64,000 nt of DNA from Bugula neritina (taxonomy: Eukaryota > Animalia > Bryozoa). The position numbers were made by a program, and so were the translations under genes. The DNA is taken from positions 879,628-943,627 of the forward strand of contig OZ037771.1 in NCBI GenBank assembly GCA_964035545.1, in the 5' to 3' direction. Every line of letters starts with the position of its first letter. The first letter of the stretch is position 1. Under the pieces are notes generated by a model. The model saw only the letters and a list, made by a program, of their open reading frames with translations, was not told where the DNA came from and made no database searches. This document shows, piece by piece, positions 14,585 to 26,794 of the stretch.

Positions 14585-15745
14585 AGTACAGTGTACTAGA
14601 TATAATACAGATATATAGTATTGTATACTAGATATAATACAGATATATAGTATTGTATACTAGATATAATACAGATATATAGTATTGGTGTTATTAGGAG
14701 GGACCGGGAGACCTGGTAGACTTACCTTACCTCCTCAAGTTGGTCGTCAGTCTTCTCAAAGAGCCGAATACTGGTGAGTCACAGGAAGTTAGCTCTACTC
14801 TACTCGGTAGTTTGTGGTTCTGTTGTCAGGGATTATCTTCTCTCAACTTATGCAACCTGTATTGGCTGCATTGTAGACACTCAGTATAAGTTTTATATGT
14901 AATTTCACTCAGCTGTTATTATATGACCTTTATTTTTGACTTCAGAGGAGTTCTTTCATACGGTATAATATAATAGTGTAATATAATAGTATAATATAAT
15001 AGTGTAATATAATAGTATAATATAATAGTATAATGTAATAGTATAATATAGTGTAATATAATAGTATAATATAATAATTCGTAGCTGAAGAGGTCAGTGT
15101 GGAGCAGCCGACAGGGAGAGAGCTCATTAAGCGAATCACCTGTAAGATCTGCCTGACTAGTGTGATTGAAGTAACTTTCCAGCCCTGTGGACACTTTGGT
15201 GAGAGTTGTGTAGACTAGTATAGCAGTATAGCAGTGGCTTACATCTAGTATAGCAAGTGGCTTACATCTAGTATAGCAAGTAGCTTACATCTAGTATAGC
15301 AAGTGGCTTACATCTAGTATAGCAAGTAGCAGGGAACGACCGGGTCTACTGTGCTTCATTTTAGATGTCAAATGTTTGGCTGCATTCTTATCAATAAAAG
15401 GTAGAAGACAACCCCTTAGTATGTTACGTCATTGTGTTGTGGAGATTTATAATAAGCTGTGTTGTGAACATGTATGTAATTACGTCCCTTCAGTGTTCCC
15501 AGCTTACAAGTGTTGTAACTCTTTAAGAGAAGGTAACTCCTGAAACTAGTCTCCCTGACGCAGTCTCTGGTTACAGTCGGTCTTGAAACTTTACCAAAGA
15601 CTATGTTAAACTTCATTAGGAGTTGTCATCTCTTATAGAGAGTTGTTCATTAGTAAATGTTTCTTCTGTTTCAGTGTGCTGTATCACTTGTGCCGCTGCA
15701 ATGACAACCTGTCCTCTCTGTAGACAGCGTATCATCTGTTACTGA
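8568..15745 (+). CDS. IAP-1: inhibitor of apoptosis, 3 BIR + 2 UBA-like + RING (12 coding exons; RING tail truncated)
   Basis: Exons 8568-8877, 9147-9249, 9643-9803, 10300-10422, 10994-11188, 11546-11745, 11934-12047, 12199-12345, 14156-14257, 14698-14773, 15085-15198, 15675-15745 are phase-compatible. BIR1 RLMTY..AGF..CTEC..H..C; BIR2 RQRSF..CQFC..H..C; BIR3 RMDTF..AAGFYYTG.DDRVQCFSC..W..H..C; UBA-like PVQRALDM; RING CKIC..PCGHFVCCITC..CPLCR. Confidence 0.85.
12346..14143. repeat. 32-bp minisatellite (~56 units) filling essentially the whole IAP-1 intron 12346-14155
   Basis: Unit ACAGTGTGTTGTGTATACTGTATTATATCTAT. The donor GT is the start of the first unit and the array ends ~12 nt before the acceptor. 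Confidence 0.95.
14258..14390. repeat. 19-bp minisatellite seeded on the GTACGT donor
   Basis: GTACGTACTGTCACTAAGT units; the first begins at the donor GT 14258. Confidence 0.85.
14519..14580. repeat. (AT)n microsatellite
   Basis: Direct inspection. Confidence 0.95.
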
Positions 15746-16257
15746 CTGTATTTATTTCAACTCTTATGGTATATTTGTGCTCAGAGTTACTCATCTAACT
15801 TCTTTATCTTTCAAGGGTGCTTTTGACTACTTATGTCAGTCTTTTTATCTTTAAACCATCACGGATGCTCCATGTGACAAAATTTAATAAGTTTTTCATG
15901 TAATCATGCTGCATGTGAAAAATTTGAACTTTTTTTCTGCATAATTATCGCAATAATGTAATAATTTTATTTCATTAAAGCAATCAAACTATTGAAATAT
16001 TACTCCAACATGTAGCTCCGCCCACCACTCTCCTAGTGGCTACTCCCTAAGTATTGGAGTTTTCTCCCCGTTGTTGTACGTCACATAACTCTCACTTATG
16101 ACATTTACTAGTTTAAGCTTCCTAGTCCAGAAACATGACCGGTTAACCTTTTAAGATTTTAAATTTACTCCGAGAATTTGTCTATAGCTTTCATACAAGT
16201 ATTCTAAAGCACCCTAATCACTCTTAAAGTGTTGTACTTCTATTATTTCTGTAATGT
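15651..16257 (+). repeat. Segment (last RING exon + 3' flank of IAP-1) duplicated at ~24588-25187
   Basis: Collinear high-identity match, e.g. TTCTGTTTCAGT.TGCTGTATCAC.TGTGCCGCTGCAATGACAACC ... CATGTAGCTCCGCCCACC ... TCCGAGAATTTGTCT at both loci. Confidence 0.9.
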
Positions 16258-18601
16258 TATGTTGTTTGTGTGTATCTCTTTTCTCTGTAAATGCATGTGT
16301 TTCTATAATACCATTTAACTTGGTTTTATTTTTTCATCCATTGCATTTACTATTTTGATATTTTAATAAACTGATATTTTCTTACAAATATCATTTATCT
16401 GCCTGTTTGTCTGTCTGTCTGGTTACTGGATATAATTACTAGTGGTAATAAGGTCAGCTTGCTCCTTACAAAGTATGCAGCAGCATGTCTCTTTGTTTGT
16501 CTGTCTGTATGTCCAAATCAATGGTTTATTTACATACTGTACATTATCTCAATCCAAGCTATATAACCGTAATAGGTCATCATAATAACAGTAAGAATAT
16601 AATAATATAGTCATAGTAACGCTTATACACATGTCATATTTTCTCTATGGATTTCGAATATAAAGTTTCTTGGTTTCAAAATTTCTTAAATGTTTAGAGT
16701 TTAGACCATATTATGTTCATATCGTGTAGAGCGCAAAATCTATTTCCATCACATAACCAAGTTTGTGTAAAATATCCCAACTTGTGTAAGTGGACATTCA
16801 ACATCTAAACTTGCCCGGTTGTGACTCTTTTCACCACTGCGATGCTGATTTGAACTTTTGAGCTTACCATGTTGGGAGTTGTCAGAACTGTTCCTCGTCT
16901 ACCTATGCTATTTTCATTAGAGGAGCAGACAACTTCTAATCTGACCAATAGTATACAATAATATGTTCTAATTGTTTTTGACAGTACTACACCTTTCAAG
17001 TTAACCCTTTACACCCTTCTAGTTGACCACAAATAATATTATAATTTGTATTCGTGTGTTGAATGAAAAGCATTACTTACTAACTGCAAGGCGCTGTAGT
17101 ATCTTTCCACAATGGCGACCAATAGCCCCACTTCCCTGAGTAATATTAGCTTTCCTACACTTTCATTCAACTTGTGTTACGTGTGGCCATGTGGGTTGTG
17201 GTTTGCTCCATGACGTAAACAGATAACTTCTCATGCTTTAAAACCAGATTCAAGAATGAAGAGCACACTATTCTAGAAGGTCAAATGTCATGTATTTTAG
17301 ACTGATTGAATCACGTGACTTTCACTCCATTCACTCTAATAGTTGCAAGGCATTTGAGTTCAGACTGTAGTAGGAATCGCTGCGCTCTGGTGATTATTGA
17401 GTAAGAAAACAGATTGTGGTGAGTTTGATTATTTTTTTATGTAAATTTCTATTTTAATATACATGATGATTTTATCAGCATTTAGAGTCAGGACATACTG
17501 ACAGTGTTATAAAGGTTTGGGACTTGTCCGCGCGCGGAGTAATACCAGTGAATGTGATAGTTGTCATTTCTCTTGCTATTGGCATTGCGCTCTCATAACT
17601 CACTGGAGTTGGTAGCTGCCCAGTTCTTGGATTTATTTAGTATAGCATGTACTGTATCTGTGCTCTACTAATTAAAAAAAAGTATAGTCTACCAGCTAAA
17701 ATTTAAAGCTTGTCAATCTAACAACTTTATTGAAAGGAACCAATTGTTCATCATGGCTCTTCATATTTGATAGTCAAGTACCCTCAATATTTTAGAGGCA
17801 ATAAAACGGTACTTGAATAGTGAATACGAAACCGTATTTTGGTCCCAATAAATAACCTGGTAAGTTCCACCATCCATCGGGTTGAGCGAAGTGTTACATC
17901 ATCAAGTACTATGCTCCGAGTGTGGCTCTTTAGCTTCTCTGAGCCAAGTTCGTAGTTGCAGAGGTGAAACTCAGCTTGTAGTATCAGTATATCCGCTATT
18001 TGTCTTCCAGTTGGCAGTTACTAGTAACTAGTAAGCAGTAAGTACTGGTTTGGATCTGTAAATATTTAAATATTTGGACATAGCTCTTAATTTTTAATGC
18101 TACTTAAAAATGGCTCAAACATGACTCATGTAAATCATAGCCTAGGGAAAGTGTGTCCTGTTTTCAGTGAGGGGTTTTGCTAGAAAATAGCAGATCAAGA
18201 CAGGTGTGTGCTCTGAGACTATGAACATGTAGGGCTACAGTCGTGTATGTGTTCAGGCTGAGTTATGAGCTGGCTTATTCTTAAGTTCCAAAGTTTATTA
18301 GTTAATTCATTTCAGGATTGATATTCTTGTCATAATATATTATTTGGGGATTTAAACTTGAGTACTGTGGTATCTGTGTGGTATAGTATCATAAGATATC
18401 TCCACTATTTAACAGTCTAGTATACTGATATGTTCCTGCGAATTCCAGTTAGCATATACAGTCTGATCTTCTATGGTTCTCTTTCTCACCTTTTGTCTAG
18501 GGAAAAAAGCATGTTTCATGTTTCAAAGCTTTCATATTTCTTTAACTTTGTGTTCCTTCACTATTTTGTTTACTTGGTGTTAGGACCGTTACTTGAAAGT
18601 G

Positions 18602-21600
18602 ATGTACCACAGAGATAGACTGCTGAGCTGCGGGGACCACATGGGCGGCTTATTCCCCTTCCCGTTCATGTCTCTAGTCTTAGCTCAGTTTATACCAGAA
18701 GATGACGAGACGTTCATATGCCCACACTGTGAACTGAGGGTACGGAATACAGACCCACTGCAGGGATATGCGTCCCCAGTAGAGTACCACATCTCACAGA
18801 GTCCTAATTGCCCCCTTGCCCTCACCTTACATGATATTCCTGGGTTTTATCCCCCCCTGGACTTTGTTGTTGATGGTAAGTAAGATATAGTCTACTCTAC
18901 AGCAGTGCTACTGAACTAGTTCCTTAGCACTACTTATAGAGAGCATATCCTAGTTTGTTTGCTGCCAGGTGTAAATATTAATGCTGCCTAGTTTGTTTGC
19001 TGCCAGGTGTAAATACTAATGCTGCCTAGTTTGTTTGCTGCCAGGTGTAAATACTAATGCTGCCTAGTTTGTTTGCTGACCTGTAACACTGAGCTGTAGT
19101 TATCTGACCCTAGAACATGAGATTCTCTGAAACTGTCTAGTCAACATGCATCTCGTCCATTCTCTATAAATTTATATAATCCTGAATTGTTGAATGGCAG
19201 AATATAGACACCAATTTCTTGCACTTGTTTATGACTCATTATTGACCTCTTTATCCCTGATCAGTGTCATGGTGGTTTGGTAGTCATAGTAACAAAGTAA
19301 ACATAGAGCAGGGAATGTGATTTCCTCCCTCACCCTGACAGACATGTTGAACATGTTAGACAGATATTGTTTTGTTATTCTATTACTATGGGTTTGGCTG
19401 GGTTCCAAGTAAATAAGTAGCTATTGACATTATTGACTGGAGCGTATCGTATCGGTAAGCTATTGTATTAGAGGACAAGTACTGCTAATGTAGCCCACCT
19501 GTAACCTTCACTGCTAGTTGTAAAGTGACTAAAGACTTGGTCACTACTGCACCACTGCCTACTGGTTATTCTCCAATCATATTATCATTATAAACATACT
19601 ATTGTAGATGCACACCACGCTCACTCACAGCATCTAGATAAACTGGCAATAATAATCTCACTGTGGACTGATAACTCTGACAAAGTACGGAGTCTCTTTG
19701 CTAGTGGATGGTTAAACAAGGCGAGTGTTTGCAATGAACTTATGTGTTACACTCTTCTCTAGAGATATATAACTTATGTGTTACACTCCTCTCTAGAGAT
19801 ATATAACTTATGTGTTACACTCTTCTCTAGAGATATATATTGATATAATAATATAATATAATACAATAATATGATACAATAATTCTTTCAATTTTGAAAA
19901 ATTCTGTAAATTGAGGGTTTAGCCATTTTTTCAGTAGAGTCTTCCTAGAAGTAAGTGTGGCTAATTCAGATGAACAGATTCTATTGGTCGGTTGGTTTAG
20001 GGTTGTGTCTGACTATCTGGTGAAGGTCATTGTCCATCTGACTTGGCCAATAAGCTTCGAGTTGTTTATTTATAGTTTTATATCAAGAACAGAAGCCTTG
20101 TTATGACCTTTCAATGCTAGAAGGTCACCAGTGAGGCTGACCTTGTGAAAGAATGTCTGTTTAGTTCATGTGTTGTGTTTGATATACAGCCGGCAGTTCC
20201 GGTGCAGGAAGGAGATGCGCTGCCTGTACCTCCGTCTGCTGTACCCCCGTCTGCTGGGCCTCCGTCTGCTGTACCTCCGTCTGCTGAACCTCCGTCTGCT
20301 GAGCCACAGGATGAAGTTAAAGCCAACCAGGTGGGTGGTGTAATTTGCAGTAAAGATTAGGTGTAATATACAGCACTTAGTTCAATAGATAGGTTTGAGA
20401 GCAGGCAGTTTTTTATTCATCATCCGCATTGTCACGTTGACTATTCATACACTTCAATGTGACTACGTGACTTACTCACGTACACAACTTTTACTCTAGT
20501 CGCTGTCCACATGCTACAGTAGCTTGTAATAATTCCTTTGATGGTTGCCAACAAAATTACTCATCTTGCTATTACTAGACTCTGGCACTCTCAGGTTGTC
20601 AACTTTACTGCCTAGGGAATATTTCAAATACTCCCAGTTCATTCATGGAAACACAAATATAAATACATTGCTATACAATATGCTTTAGCAGTCATCGGCA
20701 CATTTAGGAAACACACAAACAAGGAGCACTGCTAGTTCCCTGTCCCGGTATATTAATCATATGACCATATGTAAGTTCTTCTTACAGGTTATATAATGTC
20801 TAGTAAGTGTTGGAACATGTCCACTCCCTGCTTGACCACCATTCAGTTTTGTAACCTGATATTGACCAATAACATGGCTGTTTACACACATTAGATAGTC
20901 CAGCTCACTTAGTATAGTACTAGGACTAGTGTTTTATCTGCACACTACTTACTTTAGTAGAAACAGGTTATTGTTCAGTTCCTTAAATTTCCTGACTATG
21001 TGATAAAAATAGCAACCTTGTGTTTGTCCTGCCTCTCTGTAGATTATGGGCCATGTTACGGTCCAGCGAACTCTGCATTGATATTATATATATAGGAATA
21101 GTTTTCAGCCAGCATCTGCATTGTGTGTGAACAATAATTGTGTATACACTATAATGTCTTCTGCTTCACCTTCTTTTATCACCACTTTTTGTTCTTTACT
21201 AATAAGTTAACTGATGTGATACTGTGTTGTGACATTACTAGCTACTATAATACTGCATGTAAGTAATAATGTATAATATATATAATAGTTATTTGGGAAT
21301 AATCTCCCCATTTAGTTCATGACCTATATAATCAGCAAAACACATTCTGCAGTATATGTGAGAATCTTACTATAACATCATGTTGTATACATTTCTTGTT
21401 TAGGCTAGCCGAGGCATTGACTGTAGAAATGTGTACAGTGTAGTGGGTGATCAGTCTGATGTTGGCACTGCTGTGGGGGAGAGAGAGAGTCTAGGTGAGT
21501 GTAGTCACACTTCTGCAGTCACACTTCTGCAGTCACGCTTCTGTAGTCACCAACATCCAGAGTTTGCTGTGGAGAATAGAAGAATGGCCACATTTCTTAC

Positions 21601-24398
21601 TTACCCACAGAATGCATGTCATGACGTGGAAGATTTGGCACACTGGGGTTACTTCTATGAAGGTATTACACTATACAGTATTACACTATACAGTATTACA
21701 CTATACAGTATTACACTATACAGTATTACACTATACGGTATTACACTATACGGTATTACACTATACAGTATTACACTATACAGTATTACACTATACGGTA
21801 TTACACTATACGGTATTACACTATACAGTGTTACACTATACAGTAGCACACTATACAGTATTACTCTATACAGTAGCACACTATACAGTAGCACACTATA
21901 CAGTATTACACTATACAGTAGCACACTATACAGTATTACACTATACAGTATTACACTATACAGTATTACACTATACAGTAGCACACTATACAGTATTACA
22001 CTATACAGTATTACACCATACAGTATTACACCATACAGTATTACACTGTACGGTATTACACTATACAGTATTACACTATACAGTGTTACACTATACAGTA
22101 TTACTCTGTACAGTATTACACTGTACAGTATTATACTGTACAGTATTACACTATACAGTATTACACTATACGGTATTACACTATACAGTGTTACACTATA
22201 CAGTAGCACACTATACAGTATTACACTATACAGTAGCACACTATACAGTAGCACACTATACAGTATTACACTATACAGTAGCACACTATACAGTAGCACA
22301 CTATACAGTATTACACTATACAGTATTACACTATACAGTATTACACTATACAGTAGCACACTATACAGTATTACACTATACAGTATTACACTATACAGTA
22401 TTACACTATACAGTATTACACTATACAGTATTACACTATACAGTATTACACTATACAGTATTACACTATATGAAGTTTAGATATAAAAATAGTCTACTTA
22501 CTCATTCAGGGAAAGGCGACTCTGTTACTTGTTTCTCATGTGGAGTTGTTTCCTCTGACTGGAGAAGAAATGAAACAGTTTTCCAAAGGCACGCGAGAAG
22601 TTCATCAAATTGCCAGTTTCTTATTGGGAAGATGGGAGCTGAGGCTATACACGCTGTAGTACAAGATCTCGGGGTTTATGAGCCACCCGCACCACAAGAT
22701 GGAATAAATGTGTGTACCTCTATGCTATACTCTAATGTTTGCTGTATGTTACGTGCTAACTGAGTGCTCTACCACTGTGTGTGTTTCTGTTGTACCTTTA
22801 GATTGTGACTAGGAGAATGCTGAGACCCAGGTTGGACTCTACTCCTGTACAAACAGCTCTTTCTATGGGAACTGGCAGAGAGGATCTAAGGCTACCAAGT
22901 ATCAAGGTGCGTATGTACTCAGCTGAAGTGAAGGGTCTCATCTATTCATTTTGTTCCTAGATGTATAGCTAGCAGGTAGAAATGGCTAGCTGGTAGATAA
23001 TGAACACCATTTGATATAATTATCTGAAAATTGGGAGTTGTGTTCCCTTAAATTTTTGCCTGTTAGTAAACAGCTCCAAATACTAAAAAGTATTATCATG
23101 CCTTAGAATGCTCAGTTAGTAGTCCTAGTTACGACTGTCCTGTTCAGTGTGGTCAGACTATACACCTAGTAATATGCTCTGTTCCAACTGTTAGTTCGTG
23201 AGGCCAGATCGCCAGTACGTAGCTGACATTGAGAGAGATGTTCAGATTTCTGCTGGGGAAGTTGGAGTGAGAGTTCTGTCCTCTTGTCAGGATGAAGTGT
23301 TTGCTCACGGTATAACATTACTAATACTATATTCTCCCTAAACAGCCTCTCTACTACTCCCTAAACAGCCTCTCTATTCTCCCTAAACAGCCTCTCTATT
23401 TACCCCAAACTCCCTCTCTACTACTCCCCAAAAAGCCTCTTTTACTCCCTAAACAGCCTCTCTGTTATTCCTTATGTAGCATTAATAAAAATCTGAAAAA
23501 TTTAGTTTCAGTTCTTCAATTTCACGTCTGGCAAGTTGGTATACAAAACCATATTATACTATACTCTCTTTCTATGGTAAATCTTCCATAACTGACAGCT
23601 AGTAAAATAGAAACAAGAGAAAGTAATGTTAGCAGGTAAAAGTGTGTCTAAAGCATTATACTACATCTCTCTCTTATGTAATTCTCACCCCAGTCCAGCA
23701 GCATTCACATTCACCCTCATTGCGTCAACTCAACAGAGTAAGTTGTCTCCTCTTTGTAGACACCAGCACGTCTCGCATCAGAGAGCGAGCTACTCAGCTG
23801 AAGTCTCAACTCCGGTGTAAGATATGCTCGACATCTAAAGTTGGAGTTGTCTTTCTACCTTGCGGTCACCTTGGTTAGTTAGTTTAATACATTTTCAGTG
23901 TGAGGTTGTGTGGAATAGTGGCTAATAGTACGCATATTAATGTAGCTGTCAATGATGGTAATTTGGGAATAATATATCAAACTTAGCTACATGTTAACTG
24001 ACATTGTAATGTTAGTGAGACAGTGACACCTCCTTGTGATTGGTAAGTTACTGATGATGTCACAGAGGCAGTTGTGATCAACTCTCGGGGCATCAATCTT
24101 TAAACTAGGAAGTAGCATATCTTGGGTGATGACGCTGCATGCTAGCTCTTTACTCTGTACTGCTACATGGGAGTGAAATACGAACTTTAGTTGGCTACTT
24201 GATCTACTAATAATAACAGTAGAGTTGGCATCTTGAGCATATAGTTCATGGTTGTGGTGAATGAGATGACATTGCAGCCAGATATTGGGTTGTGTTGTAG
24301 TGTGCTGCCAAAGGTGCTCATCCAGCATTACCTGCTGCCCACTGGAGTTCACCTGTGGTCAAATGATCAGAGGGACTAAAAGCATTAACTTTACCTAG
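18602..24398 (+). CDS. IAP-2: divergent BIR + Pro-rich linker + BIR + UBA-like + RING (9 coding exons, one GC-AG intron)
   Basis: Exons 18602-18875, 19608-19720 (AAG|GCGAGT donor), 20190-20330, 21404-21662, 22510-22709, 22802-22906, 23195-23309, 23760-23873, 24301-24398 join in frame. BIRs CPHC..H..C and RMATF..GYFYEG.GDSVTCFSC..H..C; RING CKIC..PCGHLVCCQRC..CPLEFTC. The start codon is uncertain; a probable non-coding exon ends at the GTGAGT donor ~17419. Confidence 0.75.
21663..22470. repeat. 15-bp minisatellite (~54 units) filling the IAP-2 BIR intron 21663-22509
   Basis: Unit GTATTACACTATACA, beginning exactly at the donor GT (21663). Confidence 0.95.
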
Positions 24399-24611
24399 GT
24401 ACGTAACAATGTCAGGTGAGTATTTGTGTTATACAACTCATTGTTATCAAATGCTGTAGTATAAACAGTATAATATGCTGTGAAGTGTATACTGTAAAGT
24501 ATGTTGGAAATACCAAAGATAATGGAAAGCAAATCATAATGTACTCAACATTTGATGTCTGGCATGTAAGTTTTCTAGCATGTTGAATAGTAAATATTTA
24601 TTCTGTTTCAG

Positions 24612-24682
24612 TATGCTGTATCACATGTGCCGCTGCAATGACAACCTGTCCTCTCTATAGACAGTGCAACATCTGTTACTGA
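24612..24682 (+). pseudogene. Duplicated copy of the IAP-1 terminal RING exon (last Zn-ligand Cys to Tyr) downstream of the IAP-2 stop
   Basis: Intact TTTCAG acceptor; encodes (V)CCITCAAAMTTCPLYRQCNICY* versus IAP-1 VCCITCAAAMTTCPLCRQRIICY*. Confidence 0.75.
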
Positions 24683-25279
24683 CTGTATTTATTTCAACTC
24701 TTATGGTGTATTTGTGCTCAGAGTTACTCATCTAACTTCTTTATCTTTTAAGGGTGCTTTTGACTACTTATGTTAGTCTTTTTATCTTAAAACCATCACG
24801 GATGCTGCATGTGACAAAATTTAATAAGTTTTTCATGTAATCATCACAATTCAGTAATGATTATATTTCATTAAAACAATCAAATTATTAGAATATTACT
24901 CCACCATGTAGCTCCGCCCACCGCTCTCCTAGTGGCTACTTACTAAATATTGGAGTTTTCTCCCCGGTGTTGTGTCTCTTGCGTCAGTTCACACAGCTCT
25001 CACTTAAGGCATTTAGACATTTATACCCCCCAGTCTAGAAATTTTATATTTTATCAACTTTTTAAGATTTTAAATTTGCTGAATTCGAATTCCGAGAATT
25101 TGTCTCTAGCTTCTATATTCATATAGATAGTCTTAAGCACCCTAATAGTTATCATAAAGTTTTGTATTTTGCTCATCTCTGTGATGACTCACAGCTCCAA
25201 AGACATTATCTCAAATTAGTTTTCCAGACTTTATGTTACTTCAATACCATTATTCACTGTCAGACAATCTCAGCAAATA

Positions 25280-25535
25280 CACTTCATACAGAGTAATCAC
25301 CCTACATGTATACATATATACATATATACAGAGTCAGCATATACACTTCATATACAGAGTCATCACCCTACATGTATACATATATACATATATACAGAGT
25401 CAGCATATACACTTCATATACAGAGTAATCACCCTACATGTATACATATATACATATATACAGAGTCAGCATATACACTTCATATACAGAGTCATCACCC
25501 TACACATATACAGAGTCAGCATATACACTTCATAG
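25280..25535. repeat. 66-bp tandem repeat (~4 units)
   Basis: ACAGAGT(A/C)ATCACCCTACATGTATACATATATACATATATACAGAGTCAGCATATACACTTCATAT repeated. Confidence 0.85.
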
Positions 25536-26794
25536 TAATTAGCCATCAATAACATCTGCTGCCACAAAGTGCCTGGATACACAAAATAAGAGGACTCACA
25601 ATTCTTCATTCATTATTTGGACCCAAGTGCCATCTCTGTGTGCACAGTGTATACTGTACAATATAGACTATAGCGTGTGTTGTATACACTCTATATGTTA
25701 TTTGCTTTGAGATGTGCTTAATAGTATTATAGCTTTTATTAGTGTGAAACATCAAATTTATTATGTTGAGACTTGAGATATTATGTAGTTATAAAAATAA
25801 TATATAATCCATTTGAATGTTGTACAAAAATTTGTAAATTTTGTTAAATACAAACTCAATCAAATTATGTTTTACTATGGTTAGCCTGCATATTATGTAA
25901 TAATCAATTGGTAGATAGTCTAGATTTTAGATCGCTGTTATGCTGAATAATGTGAAAATATTACGATAATGTGCAGTGCCAGTCATTTGAATGTGGTGTG
26001 CCCTTTAGATATCGTTTATAAGAAGCTTGGCAGGTCTGTAGGTTATGCTGCGTAATCTGAAAATGAGGTTAAATGCGTTAGCCTGACTCAAAGTAGCTAG
26101 CTAGCATAAACTAGCATAAAACTTCCTGAAGTACGGGTAAGTGTTGTAAGATTCTTCAAAGCTAAATTCGTTTTATATGGTTTAGCAGTTCTCTTAACTT
26201 TTTTTTTATCACGACACTTTGATTCCAAGTATACCTGTTTATTTGATCTCAATTTCCTTTGATTTAGAGTAGTCATTATATTTATTTTTAATATATTCAT
26301 AGATCTTTTTATTTGTACTTGACTAAATTTTAATTTCAACCACCATGCCATCGTGAGAAGTGTATTATCATGTTGATAGTATTCAACTCGGTTGTTCGTT
26401 CATATTCAGAGGGGTTTTCACTCGATATTTTAACTACTGCTTACTCCGCTTGCCCTACTCAATTCATAAACAACGCACGTGGCTCGTGATTTCATTTTAT
26501 TACGTCGGCTCTCTTTCCACCCGTCACTGGGAAAGTACGGGAAAGCACACTGCGCAATAAGAGCAGAAAATTTCATATTTGTCTTATTTAACCGTTTCAG
26601 ACCTGCCATATGATCATTGAAATCAAGAATCTCACTGTCGAGCGTGCACATAACGAATTGTTCTTATCAAGTACACTGTACAGGAACAGTCTGCAAACTT
26701 ATATGTGGTTATGTATAACATCATCTTTTTCAGGAACTCCAATAAAACCTATGTTCCATTTGCATTTTCAAGTCTCATATAGCTTCCTAGAACA

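Noticed and set aside
15743-15748. TGA-CTG as a readthrough or selenocysteine codon in the IAP-1 RING tail
   Set aside because: In-frame readthrough does not restore the conserved tail whereas a 1-nt frameshift does; no SECIS was recognised.
21431-22763. 349/422-aa ORFs with ITLYS / VLHYT repeats
   Set aside because: 15-bp intronic repeat between the two halves of a BIR domain; only the flanks are coding.
26405-26550. kappaB-like motifs upstream of IAP-3 (GGGGTTTTCA, GGGAAAGTAC, GGGAAAGCAC)
   Set aside because: All deviate from the consensus 3' CC; too weak to call without conservation data.
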